Source: Acidimicrobiales bacterium (GTDB lineage: Bacteria; Actinomycetota; Acidimicrobiia; Acidimicrobiales; JAUJNH01). Taken from it: 64,000 nt of DNA. The translations under genes were made by a program, and so were the position numbers. The stretch lies in assembly GCA_038255915.1 (NCBI GenBank), contig JBBSKY010000005.1, positions 4,333-68,332 of the forward strand. The letters run 5' to 3'. The notes beneath the pieces were generated by a model. The model saw nothing but the letters and a program-made list of their open reading frames with translations, searched no databases and was not told the origin of the DNA. The stretch's first letter is position 1. Every line of letters starts with the position of its first letter. This document shows positions 9,647-18,361 of the stretch, piece after piece.

Positions 9647-11269
9647 TCACGGCCCGGCGGCGGGAACGGGAAGGGGTCCCACGGGCACGGCGACAGCCGA
9701 GCCGACGATGGTGGCGGCGCCCAGGCCGACGGTGCCGGCCTGCACGGCGAGGCCGACGGCGGCGTCGGACACGGCGTCTTCCGGCGACCGGCAGGTGGGC
9801 GGGGCCGAGGCGATGGCCAGGGCCACCTCACGGGTGGCGGCCGGCGAGCCAGGCAGGGCGTCGTGGGCCCGGACGCCGGCGTCGAGGAGGTCGACGGTGG
9901 TGCTCGGGACGCCGGCCCAGCGGGCGCGAGGCGGTGGTACCACCAGGTCGGTGCGGCTGCCCACGGCCGCCACCCGGGTGGGGGGCCCGGGAGGGGCCGT
10001 CGCATCGAGGCGGGCCAGGAAGACAGAGCCGGTGGCCAGGTCGGCGACCGACCGGGAGGCGGGCGCGGGCCCACCGACGGCTGGCAGGCCGACCGAGAGG
10101 AGGCGCCCGGTGGCGGTCATGGTGGACAGGCGGGCCAGGGCGGCCAGGTCGGCGCCGCCGTGCGGGGTGGCCAGGGTCACCAGAGTGGCCGGGGCGGGGA
10201 CCCCCGGCGAGGCCAGGGCCGCCCGGGCCACCAGACCGCCCATGCTGTGGGCCACCACGTCGAGGGGCCGATCGGGATGAGCTGCGGCCTGCCGGGCGAG
10301 GAGCTGGCTGAGCCGGGCGGCGGGTGCGGCGATGCCGTCGGTGGTGTCGCCGGTCACGTAGGCGACCTCGGCGGTGGTCCCGCCCCGGTAGGAGAAGCGC
10401 AGGACGTCGGCGGGGGCGTAGCCGAGGGCGGCCACATCCAGGTCGAACACCGCAGCGTCGCCGCTCGACGACCCCAGGCCGCCGACCAGGACGAGGGTGC
10501 GGCGGCCAGCGGGACGGGGAGGCGGCGCCGTGCCGGACGGGGTGCAGGGGCCCTGGGCGGCCAGGGCGGCAGCCGCCGCGGCCAGGACCGCCAGCGCAGG
10601 TGGCGCCCCGGCGGCGACAGCTGCTCGAGCCAGCGCCTCCACCTCGGCTGCGGAACCGGCTGCGGCCGCACCCGCGGCCCGGGCCAGGTCGACGGCCGAC
10701 GCCACCGTCGAGCGGCCAGAGAGCTCGGCCACGAGGCGGCGCAGGCCGGAGGCCTCCTCTTCGACCCCGAGCGGGCGGCCCGGGCCGTCCGGCACGAGCA
10801 CCGACGCGGCCGCGCCCCCGGGACCGCGGGCCGACAGGAGCGACGTCGGGTCGAGGTAGAGCTCTCCCCTTCTCGCTCCGAAGTGCATGGCCGAGCCGGC
10901 CCAGCCGACGGGCTGACCCCGCCCCACCCGCTGCCCCCGCGTGACCCGCACGCCGGCCAGGAACGACATCGAGGTGCGGATGCCGTCGGCGTGCAGCACC
11001 ACCACGTGGAGGGTGCCGGCCACCGGGCCGGCGAAGGTGACCAGGCCGTCGGCCGGGGCGACGACGTCCTCCCCGGGCACGGTGGCGTAGTCGACGCCGC
11101 GGTTGCCCGGACCATACGGCGAGGTGGGAGGCCGGAACGGCTCGATGATCGGCCCCGGGACGGGTGCCTGGTACATGACGGCCGGCGGGTCAGCCTCGCC
11201 GGCTGCGGGGGCGGCGACGAGCACGGCCGCCAGCAGGGCAGCCACGATGACGGTGCGGGAGTGGCCCAC
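9647..11269 (-). CDS. Secreted M23-peptidase-like domain fused to an alpha/beta hydrolase
   Basis: Signal peptide after GTG 11269 (RBS GAGGAGG); [14 protein letters not shown]...[11 protein letters not shown] (M23-like); C-terminal [17 protein letters not shown](LVVP) and H(DAL). Confidence 0.8.
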   Translation of the reverse strand: MGHSRTVIVAALLAAVLVAAPAAGEADPPAVMYQAPVPGPIIEPFRPPTSPYGPGNRGVDYATVPGEDVVAPADGLVTFAGPVAGTLHVVVLHADGIRTSMSFLAGVRVTRGQRVGRGQPVGWAGSAMHFGARRGELYLDPTSLLSARGPGGAAASVLVPDGPGRPLGVEEEASGLRRLVAELSGRSTVASAVDLARAAGAAAAGSAAEVEALARAAVAAGAPPALAVLAAAAAALAAQGPCTPSGTAPPPRPAGRRTLVLVGGLGSSSGDAAVFDLDVAALGYAPADVLRFSYRGGTTAEVAYVTGDTTDGIAAPAARLSQLLARQAAAHPDRPLDVVAHSMGGLVARAALASPGVPAPATLVTLATPHGGADLAALARLSTMTATGRLLSVGLPAVGGPAPASRSVADLATGSVFLARLDATAPPGPPTRVAAVGSRTDLVVPPPRARWAGVPSTTVDLLDAGVRAHDALPGSPAATREVALAIASAPPTCRSPEDAVSDAAVGLAVQAGTVGLGAATIVGSAVAVPVGPLPVPAAGP

Positions 11270-11346
11270 AGGGCTTCCTCCTCGGTCGGAGGGACGGCGC
11301 AGCGGGGGGAAGCGGTTGGGGGAGGCGGCTCGGGTTGCGAGGCGGG

Positions 11347-12129
11347 CTAGGCCGACTCGCGGTCGGCGTCCTTCATGCGGGACCGCAGCTGCAGCACCGC
11401 CTTGGTGTGGATCTGGCACACCCGGCTCTCGGTGACCCCGAGGACCGTGCCGATGGCAGCCAGGGTCAGGCCCTCGTAGTAGTAGAGGGTGAGGACCATC
11501 TTCTCCCGCTCACCGAGGCGGTTGATGGCGGTGGCGAGGATCTGCTTCATCTCCTCGCCCTCGAAGGCGCCCACGGGCCCCTCGCCCCGGTCAGGCAGGG
11601 TGTCGCCCAGGGTCTGGCTCTGGCCGTCGCCACCCCCGAACACCTCGTCCAGGGCCACCAGGCCCACGAAAGAGATCTGGGTGAAGATCTGCCGCAGGTC
11701 GGCCTTGTCGATCCCCATCTCCTCGGCGACCTCGACGTCGGTCGGCGTCCGCAGCAGGCGGTGCTCGAGGGTGGCGTACGCCTTCTCCACCGTCCTGGCC
11801 TTGGTGCGCACCGAGCGGGGCACCCAGTCGATCGTCCGCAGCTCGTCGATGATCGCCCCCCTTATCCGGGTGATGGCGTAGGTCTCGAACTTGATGCCGC
11901 GGCTGGTGTCGAACTTGTCGATGGCGTCGATCAGCCCGAAGATCCCCGAAGACACCAGATCGCCCTGATCGACCGAATGGGGCAAACCTGAGGCGACCCG
12001 GCCGGCGACGTACTTGACCAGCGGCGAATAGTGGACGATGAGGCGATCGCGAGCGGCGGGGGCGGCGGTCTGCTTGTAGTCGTCCCAGATCCGAGAGATC
12101 GCCTCCGGGTCGTCGTTGTCGGTGATCAC
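11347..12129 (-). CDS. whiG: FliA/WhiG-family RNA polymerase sigma factor
   Basis: [64 protein letters not shown]; downstream of dprA as in Streptomyces. Confidence 0.9.
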   Translation of the reverse strand: MITDNDDPEAISRIWDDYKQTAAPAARDRLIVHYSPLVKYVAGRVASGLPHSVDQGDLVSSGIFGLIDAIDKFDTSRGIKFETYAITRIRGAIIDELRTIDWVPRSVRTKARTVEKAYATLEHRLLRTPTDVEVAEEMGIDKADLRQIFTQISFVGLVALDEVFGGGDGQSQTLGDTLPDRGEGPVGAFEGEEMKQILATAINRLGEREKMVLTLYYYEGLTLAAIGTVLGVTESRVCQIHTKAVLQLRSRMKDADRESA

Positions 12130-12161
12130 GGGTGCCCCGCCTACCCTCAAGTTGGGGTGCG

Positions 12162-12179
12162 CTCCTGCACGTGCAGGAG
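12162..12179. promoter_or_regulatory. Perfect 18-bp palindrome in the whiG leader
   Basis: CTCCTGCAC|GTGCAGGAG, located between a TACACT -10 (12203-12198) and the whiG start. Confidence 0.55.
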
Positions 12180-12293
12180 GTGCTCCTTCGGCCCCTGAGT
12201 GTAGACCCGGGTTGCTGCTCCGGCCGGCCCACTGCGGGGGCTGCCGTGCTCCCGACGGTCCGGCCAGCAGCACCGGCCTCACGAGCACGGCCC

Positions 12294-13487
12294 TCACCGC
12301 CCGCCGCCCGATCGACGAGACCAGCAGCCGGGACCGGCCTCCACAAGCCCGGCCGCGGCCAGCCGGTGCAGCGCGGTGAGCGCCGGCCCCAGCCCCACCG
12401 CGGCGCAAGTCACCACCTCGTCGGTGGGAGTGGAGGCGAACCCGACGGCGTCGAGGACCGCGGCGTCGGTTCCCCCGACCACACCGGTGGGGGTCCCGCC
12501 CGAGGTGGGCAGCAGCGGCGACCGCCCCAGCCCGAGGGCCACCAGGACGTCACCCGCGTCGCGCACCACCAGCGCCTGGTCGGCCAGGAGGGCGTTGGTG
12601 CCCGCGCTGGCCGGGCTGCGCACCGGTCCGGGGACCGCCCCGACGGTGCGCCCCCGCTCGATGGCGGCGTCAACGGTGTGCAGCGAGCCGCCCCGATCGT
12701 GGCTCTCCACCACCACCACGACGTCGGCCAGGGCGGCGATGATCCGGTTCCGGGCCGGGAACCGCCAGCGCTCGGGCGGGGTGCCGAGCGGGGCCTCGCT
12801 GAGCACCACGCCGGCGGCGGCCACCTCGTCGAACAGCACGGCGTGCGACGGCGGGTAGGTGACGTCGACCCCGCCGGCCACGACCCCGACCGGGCCGCCG
12901 GCACCGGGCCCGGCGGCGAGGGCGCCGCGATGGGCCGCAGCATCGATACCGAGCGCCAGCCCCGACACCACCGCCACGCCAGCGTCGGCCAGATCCCGGC
13001 CGAGATCGTGGCCGGTCCGGCGCCCCTCCCCCGTGCAGGAGCGGGTGCCGACGATGGCGCAGGCCGGCCCGGCCAGGGCCGCCGGGTCGCCCCGGGTACA
13101 GAGCAGGGCGGGGGGCTCGGGGTCGTCGACCAGACGGGCCGGCCACCCCGGGTGCCACGGGGTGAGGAGTGCCACCCCGGCGGCCCGGTGCCGGGCCAGC
13201 AGCTCGTGGGGCTCGAGGTGGCGGGCCTGCGCGGCCCACCTGGCCGCCCGGCTGCGGGGATCGCGGCCGAGGACGGCGGCGACCGCCGGGTGGTCGGCCG
13301 AGGCGCCGGCCTCAACCACGGCCCAGGCCGCCGCAGGCTCACCGTGGACCTCGAGCAGGGCGGCGAGGCGGCGCGGCCCCATCCCGGCGAGACCGGCCAA
13401 GGCGGCGAGGAAGCCCTCCTGGGCCACCACACCGCTCGGGTTCGGGCCTCCGGCCGCCAGCGTCGGCGTCTGGTCCCTGGGTGTCAT
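12294..13487 (-). CDS. dprA: DNA-processing protein DprA
   Basis: [45 protein letters not shown]; ATG overlaps the comM stop. Confidence 0.95.
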   Translation of the reverse strand: MTPRDQTPTLAAGGPNPSGVVAQEGFLAALAGLAGMGPRRLAALLEVHGEPAAAWAVVEAGASADHPAVAAVLGRDPRSRAARWAAQARHLEPHELLARHRAAGVALLTPWHPGWPARLVDDPEPPALLCTRGDPAALAGPACAIVGTRSCTGEGRRTGHDLGRDLADAGVAVVSGLALGIDAAAHRGALAAGPGAGGPVGVVAGGVDVTYPPSHAVLFDEVAAAGVVLSEAPLGTPPERWRFPARNRIIAALADVVVVVESHDRGGSLHTVDAAIERGRTVGAVPGPVRSPASAGTNALLADQALVVRDAGDVLVALGLGRSPLLPTSGGTPTGVVGGTDAAVLDAVGFASTPTDEVVTCAAVGLGPALTALHRLAAAGLVEAGPGCWSRRSGGGR

Positions 13488-14989
13488 GACGCCACCTGGA
13501 GAGCGGCCAGCTCGGCGCGCAGGCCGAGGGCGGTGCCCACCTGCTCCTCGGTCAGGGGTGGGTCGGCGCCTTCCAGGTCGGCGAGGGTGAGGGCGACCCG
13601 TCGGATCCGGTGCAGCCCCCGGGCCGAGAGCCCGCCCCGAGCGAGGAGGTCGGCCAGGAGCCGGCGGCCCGCCCGGTCGAGGGGGGCCACCTCGTCGAGC
13701 CGGGATCCGGGCACCAGGGCGTTCACCGTCGTGCCCCGGCCGGCGGAGCGGCGCCGGGCGGCGGCCACCCGGGCCGCGACGCAGGCCGTCGACTCGCCCG
13801 CCTCCGAGCCCAGCAGCTCGTCGGGATCGGCCCGGGGCACGTGCAGGCGCAGGTCGAACCGGTCGAGGAGGGGCCCCGACAGTCGCCGGGCGTAGCGCAG
13901 CCGCTCGCCCACCTGGCAACGGCACCTGCTGCTGCCCGCCTCGCCGCAGGGGCAGGGGTTCATGGCCGCCACCAGCAGGAACCGGGCCGGCAGGGTGGCC
14001 GAGCCGACGGCCCGGTGGATCCGGATGACCCCCTCCTCGAGGGGCTGGCGGAGGCAGTCGAGGACGACCGGCCGCTGCTCTCCCAGCTCGTCGAGGAACA
14101 GGACGCCGCGATGGGCGAGCGAGATGGAGCCGGGGCGCAGCTGGCTGCTGCCCCCGCCGATCAGGGCCACCGCCGAGGCCGTGGTGTGGGGTGCCTCGTA
14201 GGGCGGGAGGCTGACCAGCCCGGTGCCGGCGGGCAGCACCCCGGCGGCCGAGTGGATCTTGGTGACCTCGAGGGCCTCGCTCGGGCGCAACGGGGGCAGC
14301 AGGCCGGGCAGGCGCTCGGCCAGCATCGTCTTGCCCCCACCCGGAGGCCCGGTGAGCAGCAGGTGGTGACCGCCGGCGGCCGCCACCTCGAGCGCCTTGC
14401 GGGCGATGGCCTGTCCCCGGACCTCCGCGAGGTCGGGGCCGGCCGGGCGGCGGCGGCGGGCTGGCTTGGCCATCGGCAGAGGCCACGGAGACTCGCCCCG
14501 CAGGGCGCGCACCAGATCGGCCAGGTGGCCGATCCCGACGACCTCGTCGGTGGCCAGCCGGGCGTCGGCCAGCTGGCCGGCCGGCACGACCAGCGGGTTG
14601 CCGGCCGCGGCTTCGGCCAGGGGCACCACCCCGACGACAGGGCGGACGGCACCATCGAGCCCGAGCTCGCCGAGGAAGGCGTAGCCGGCGACCGAGCCGG
14701 CCGGGAGCTGGTCGGAGGCCAGCAGGATGCCGACCGCCATGGCCAGATCGATGGCCGAGCCCCGCTTCTTCTGCCACGCCGGCGACAGGTTGATCGTCAC
14801 CCGCATGTTCGGCCACTCGAGCCCGCACGAGGCGAAGGCGGCCCGTACCCGCTCCTTGGCCTCCCGGCAGGTGGCATCGGGCCCGCCCACCACGGTCGTG
14901 CACGGCAGCCCGGCGTGGACCTGCACCTCGATGGTGACCGGGTCGGCATCGACGCCGAACAGGCTGGCGGTCGGGATGCAGGCGAGCAC
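13484..14989 (-). CDS. comM: YifB/ComM Mg-chelatase-like AAA+ ATPase
   Basis: EAKERVRAA, GPPGGGKTMLA, PHTTAS, LAHRGVLFLDE, AAMNPCPCG, LSGPLLDRFDL. Confidence 0.93.
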   Translation of the reverse strand: MLACIPTASLFGVDADPVTIEVQVHAGLPCTTVVGGPDATCREAKERVRAAFASCGLEWPNMRVTINLSPAWQKKRGSAIDLAMAVGILLASDQLPAGSVAGYAFLGELGLDGAVRPVVGVVPLAEAAAGNPLVVPAGQLADARLATDEVVGIGHLADLVRALRGESPWPLPMAKPARRRRPAGPDLAEVRGQAIARKALEVAAAGGHHLLLTGPPGGGKTMLAERLPGLLPPLRPSEALEVTKIHSAAGVLPAGTGLVSLPPYEAPHTTASAVALIGGGSSQLRPGSISLAHRGVLFLDELGEQRPVVLDCLRQPLEEGVIRIHRAVGSATLPARFLLVAAMNPCPCGEAGSSRCRCQVGERLRYARRLSGPLLDRFDLRLHVPRADPDELLGSEAGESTACVAARVAAARRRSAGRGTTVNALVPGSRLDEVAPLDRAGRRLLADLLARGGLSARGLHRIRRVALTLADLEGADPPLTEEQVGTALGLRAELAALQVAS

Positions 14990-15072
14990 GCGACGCTTCC
15001 TCCGGGAGTGGGCGGGAGGAGCACTCCGCCCCGTTTCGGGCCGCTGCTCGAGGCGCCGTGGCGCTGCGGGGA

Positions 15073-15093
15073 ACCCTAGCAGCGGGTGAGACA
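15073..15093 (-). promoter_or_regulatory. TGTC-N11-TAGGGT promoter motif upstream of comM
   Basis: Minus strand TGTC-TCACCCGCTGC-TAGGGT; same spacing as the motif before yraN. Confidence 0.45.
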
Positions 15094-15164
15094 TCGAGAG
15101 AGAGGGAAGATCGTCGGGAAGCGGCCGGTCGGGCCCACCACCACCCCTGAGGGACACTGAACGC

Positions 15165-15275
15165 GTGGGATTCGACGCCACCCGTCAGCAGCGCCGCCGC
15201 CGCTCCGACGTCTGGATCGTGGTGGCTGCCGTCGCGGTGTGCGTGCTGCTCCTCCTCTGGGCCCTGCTCGGCTGA
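15165..15275 (+). CDS. Small single-pass membrane protein (36 aa)
   Basis: MGFDATRQQRRRRSDVWIVVAAVAVCVLLLLWALLG; basic N-terminus plus hydrophobic helix, GC-rich third positions, GACACT -10 6 nt upstream. Confidence 0.7.
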   Translation: MGFDATRQQRRRRSDVWIVVAAVAVCVLLLLWALLG

Positions 15276-15280
15276 CCCGC

Positions 15281-15484
15281 GTGCAGGGCGACCAGCTGGA
15301 CGTCCGCTTCGTCCACCCGTTCCAGGCGCTGAAGACCTACCGGTGCCCCGGGTGCGACCACGAGATCGCCCCGGGCACCGGGCACGTGGTCGTGGTGCCC
15401 CGACTGGCCCCGGAGGACCGCCGCCACTGGCACCGCCCGTGCTGGGAGCACCGCCGGACCCGCCGGCCCACCCGCCGCCGCTGA
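15281..15484 (+). CDS. Small Cys/His-rich (putative Zn-binding) conserved actinobacterial protein
   Basis: KTYRCPGCDHEI..GTGHVVV...RRHWHRPCW; starts 5 nt after the upstream small ORF. Confidence 0.8.
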   Translation: MQGDQLDVRFVHPFQALKTYRCPGCDHEIAPGTGHVVVVPRLAPEDRRHWHRPCWEHRRTRRPTRRR

Positions 15485-15504
15485 GCGCCCCACGAGGGCA
15501 GGGC

Positions 15505-15855
15505 TCAGAAGGCCCCCTCGACCACCTCGAAGCGGCCGGCGTCCCAGGCGGCCACGTCGAAGCGCACCCCGGCGCGGCCGCTGCGGTGGTCGGCCAACCA
15601 GGCGCCGGCCAGGCGGCGGAGGCGGGCCTGCTTGTGCCGGCCGACGGCCTCGGCCGCCGACCCGAAGCGGGCGCTGCGCCTGGCCTTCACCTCGCAGAAC
15701 ACCACCAGCCGGTCGCAGCGGCGAACAGCGACGAGGTCGACCTCCCCCTCGCGGCACCGCCAGTTCCGCGCCACCACGTCGTACCCATGGGCCTGGTACC
15801 ACGACGCCGCCCGCTCCTCGACAGCCCGCCCCAGCGCGATCCGCTCGAAGGTCAC
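15505..15855 (-). CDS. yraN: YraN/UPF0102 nuclease-family protein
   Basis: RNWRCREGEVDLVA..VVFCEVKAR..AEAV..KQARL..RFDV. Confidence 0.92.
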   Translation of the reverse strand: MTFERIALGRAVEERAASWYQAHGYDVVARNWRCREGEVDLVAVRRCDRLVVFCEVKARRSARFGSAAEAVGRHKQARLRRLAGAWLADHRSGRAGVRFDVAAWDAGRFEVVEGAF

Positions 15856-15861
15856 CCCCGA

Positions 15862-15882
15862 AGCATCCACACCACCGTGACA
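15862..15882 (-). promoter_or_regulatory. TGTC-N11-GATGCT promoter motif upstream of yraN (leaderless)
   Basis: Minus strand TGTC-ACGGTGGTGTG-GATGCT, 6 nt before GTG 15855. Confidence 0.4.
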
Positions 15883-16026
15883 CCCGGCCTCCGGCCCGCC
15901 CCGCCACGGCACTCGGCCAAGTGGCCGAGCCAAGCGAGGTGCCCGAACAGAACAGAACCTCTCACAGGCGGCCGTAGCGGCGATAGACCGGATCTGCTGG
16001 AGCCCGCCGCCGCCGCACCATGCAGC

Positions 16027-16134
16027 CGTGGCGGCGAAGATCCCGCAACAACGGCGGGACCCGCCGCGAGCCCGAGGTTCGCCGCCACGCAGTTCGAGGC
16101 GAAGCCTCCAGAGGCGAAGCCTCCGAGAAGCCTC
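16027..16134. repeat. Palindrome-rich intergenic segment with tandem GAGGCGAAGCCTC mini-hairpins
   Basis: 12-bp inverted repeat 16027-16038/16078-16089; GAGGC-GAA-GCCTC at 16096-16108 and 16111-16123, partial third copy at 16127-16134. Confidence 0.65.
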
Positions 16135-16426
16135 AGCCTTCTTTCTCGGGGACCTCTTCGATGTTGACGTCCTTGAAGGTGACGACCCGGACGTGCTGGA
16201 CGAAGCGGGCCGGGCGGTACATGTCCCAGACCCAGGCGTCCTCGAGCTCGATCTCGAACCAGGTTCGGCCGCCCTCCGCCTTGGCCGCCATCTTCACGTC
16301 GTTGGCCAGGTAGAAGCGCCGTTCGGTCTCCACCACGTAGCGGAACATGGGGAGGACGGCCTTGTACTCCTGGTAGAGCTGGAGCTCGATCTCCGTTTCA
16401 TACCGCTCGAGGTCCTCAGCGCTCAC
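16133..16426 (-). CDS. DUF2469 family protein
   Basis: MSAEDLERYETEIELQLYQEY...VETERRFYLAN...DAWVWDMYRPARFV. Confidence 0.93.
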   Translation of the reverse strand: MSAEDLERYETEIELQLYQEYKAVLPMFRYVVETERRFYLANDVKMAAKAEGGRTWFEIELEDAWVWDMYRPARFVQHVRVVTFKDVNIEEVPEKEG

Positions 16427-16469
16427 GGCGACCTCCCGCTCGACGATGGACGAGGACTGTACCTGGCCG

Positions 16470-17093
16470 TCACAGCCAGCAGGCGCCTCCCAGGGGCCAG
16501 ACCTTGACCACGGCCCGGCCCACCACGCTCGACCGCTCGATCGGGCCGAACCTGCGGCTGTCGAAGGAGGAGCCCCGGTTATCGCCCAGGACGAAGAGCT
16601 CGCCCTTCGGCACGGTCACCTCGGCGAAGTCGTCGGTGGCCAGGCCGACCGGGAGGTAGGGCTCGACCAGGCGGCGGTCGTCGACGAAGAGGCTGCCGCC
16701 CCGGCCGGCCACCCGCTCGCCGGGCAGGCCGATGACCCTCTTGACGTACTCGGTGGTGGTCGGCTTCACCACGTTGACGCCCTCGAGCACGGCCCGGAGC
16801 ACCCGGGACGGCAGCGCCCCGGGATCCTCGTCCGGCTCGACGTCGTCCGGGGCGTCGAAGACGATCACGTCGCCCCGCCGCACCCCGTGGAGGCGGTAGG
16901 AGAGCTTGGAGACGACGATCCGGTCCTGCACCTCGAGCTGGGGCGCCATCGACAGGCTGGGGATGTAGAAGGCCTGGGCTACCAGGGTCCGCAGAAGGGT
17001 GGTGATCACCACGATGGCGACCACCAGCACCGCCGCGTCGAGGGCCAGCCGCCGGGCCCGGCTGCGACCCTTGCCGGTCGAGGTGACCGCCAC
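16470..17093 (-). CDS. lepB: Signal peptidase I
   Basis: IPSLSMAPQL (catalytic Ser), YVKRVIG (Lys), GDNR..S.DSR. Confidence 0.94.
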   Translation of the reverse strand: MAVTSTGKGRSRARRLALDAAVLVVAIVVITTLLRTLVAQAFYIPSLSMAPQLEVQDRIVVSKLSYRLHGVRRGDVIVFDAPDDVEPDEDPGALPSRVLRAVLEGVNVVKPTTTEYVKRVIGLPGERVAGRGGSLFVDDRRLVEPYLPVGLATDDFAEVTVPKGELFVLGDNRGSSFDSRRFGPIERSSVVGRAVVKVWPLGGACWL

Positions 17094-17108
17094 AGGCGAG
17101 GAGACGCC

Positions 17109-17459
17109 CTAGCGGGCGGTCCGCTTCTCCTTGATCTTGGCTGCCTTCCCGCGCAGGTCGCGCAGGTAGTAGAGCTTGGCCCGCCGCACGTTGCCGTGGC
17201 GGGTGACCTCGATCTTCTGGATCACCGGCGAGTGGACGGGGAAGATGCGCTCGACGCCCACCCCGTAGCTGACCTTGCGCACGGTGAAGGTCTCGCGCAC
17301 CCCGGAGCCCGAGCGGGCGATCACGTCGCCCTGAAAGACCTGGACCCGCTCCTTGGCGCCCTCGACCACCCGGACGTGGACCTTCAGGTTGTCGCCGGGC
17401 GAGAAGGCCGGCACGTCGTCTCGGAGGCTGGCGCGGTCGACGAGGTCGGTGGGGTTCAT
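17109..17459 (-). CDS. rplS: 50S ribosomal protein L19
   Basis: [29 protein letters not shown]. Confidence 0.98.
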   Translation of the reverse strand: MNPTDLVDRASLRDDVPAFSPGDNLKVHVRVVEGAKERVQVFQGDVIARSGSGVRETFTVRKVSYGVGVERIFPVHSPVIQKIEVTRHGNVRRAKLYYLRDLRGKAAKIKEKRTAR

Positions 17460-17544
17460 GGTGAAGGCTCCTGGCGCCAAAGCGGGAGAGAGGGCGACCT
17501 GGCAACCTAGCGCGGCCGGAGAGTCGACAGCCAGCCGACGAAGG

Positions 17545-18303
17545 CTATGCAGAGCCGTCGAGAGCCTGCTGAACCTGCTCGAGGAGGTCGTGCTCGGCCA
17601 GCGTGGCACGGTCGGCGCTGCTCAGCCCGCCCCGGGCGTCGATCAGGTCGGGACGCCGCTCGGCGGTGCGCAGGAGGGCCTGGGCGTGGCGCCAGCGGGT
17701 GATGCGGGCGTGGTCGCCCGAGCGGAGCACCTCCGGCACCTCGTGGCCCTGGAACGAGGCAGGCCGGGTGAAGTGTGGGTGCTCCAGCAGGCCGGCGGCG
17801 CCGAAGCTCTCCTCGCCGGCCGAGGCGGCGTTGCCCATGACCCCGGGGAGGAGGCGGGTGACGGCCTCGACCACCACGCAGGCCGCCACCTCGCCGCCGC
17901 CGAGCACGTAGTCGCCGATCGACAGCTCGCCGTCGCACAGCTGGTCGCTGATCCGGGCGTCGACGCCCTCGTAGCGGCCGCACAGCAGGGAGAAGCCGGG
18001 GCCCGAGGCGAGGTGCTCGGCCACCCGCTGGTCGAGCCGGACCCCGGCCGGGCCGAGGAGCAGCAGCGGGCGGGGGGGCTCGACGGCCTCGACAGCGGCG
18101 AAGACCGGCTCGGGCCGCAGCACCATCCCGGCCCCCCCGCCGTAGGGCGTGTCGTCGACCGAGCGGTGGGGGCCGGTGGCGTGGGCCCGCAGGTCGTGGA
18201 CCCGCAGGTCGATGGCCCCGCTGAGACGGGCCTTGCCCAGCAGGCTGAACCAGCCGAACCCGTCGACCAGGTCGGGGAAGATGGTGAAGACGTCGATGCG
18301 CAT
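17545..18303 (-). CDS. trmD: tRNA (guanine37-N1)-methyltransferase
   Basis: [51 protein letters not shown]. Confidence 0.97.
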   Translation of the reverse strand: MRIDVFTIFPDLVDGFGWFSLLGKARLSGAIDLRVHDLRAHATGPHRSVDDTPYGGGAGMVLRPEPVFAAVEAVEPPRPLLLLGPAGVRLDQRVAEHLASGPGFSLLCGRYEGVDARISDQLCDGELSIGDYVLGGGEVAACVVVEAVTRLLPGVMGNAASAGEESFGAAGLLEHPHFTRPASFQGHEVPEVLRSGDHARITRWRHAQALLRTAERRPDLIDARGGLSSADRATLAEHDLLEQVQQALDGSA

Positions 18304-18361
18304 GAGGTGCGGGCATCGTCGCACACGGGTGCCCGCCGGGCTCGCTGGGTAGGTCCCGGAG

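Noticed and set aside
12294-14903. 869-aa DprA with a long N-terminal extension
   Set aside because: The extension overlaps comM in another frame; the ATGA-coupled start at 13487 is more plausible. The same applies to track extensions of dxr, frr, tsf, recG, coaD and vapC.
15945-15958. GAACAGAACAGAAC as a LexA box
   Set aside because: It is a 5-nt tandem repeat and does not match the palindromic GAAC-N4-GTTC actinobacterial SOS box.
16096-16134. Tandem palindromic repeats as a CRISPR array
   Set aside because: Units are 13-15 nt with 2-3 nt spacers and there are no cas genes; no CRISPR array was seen anywhere in the window.
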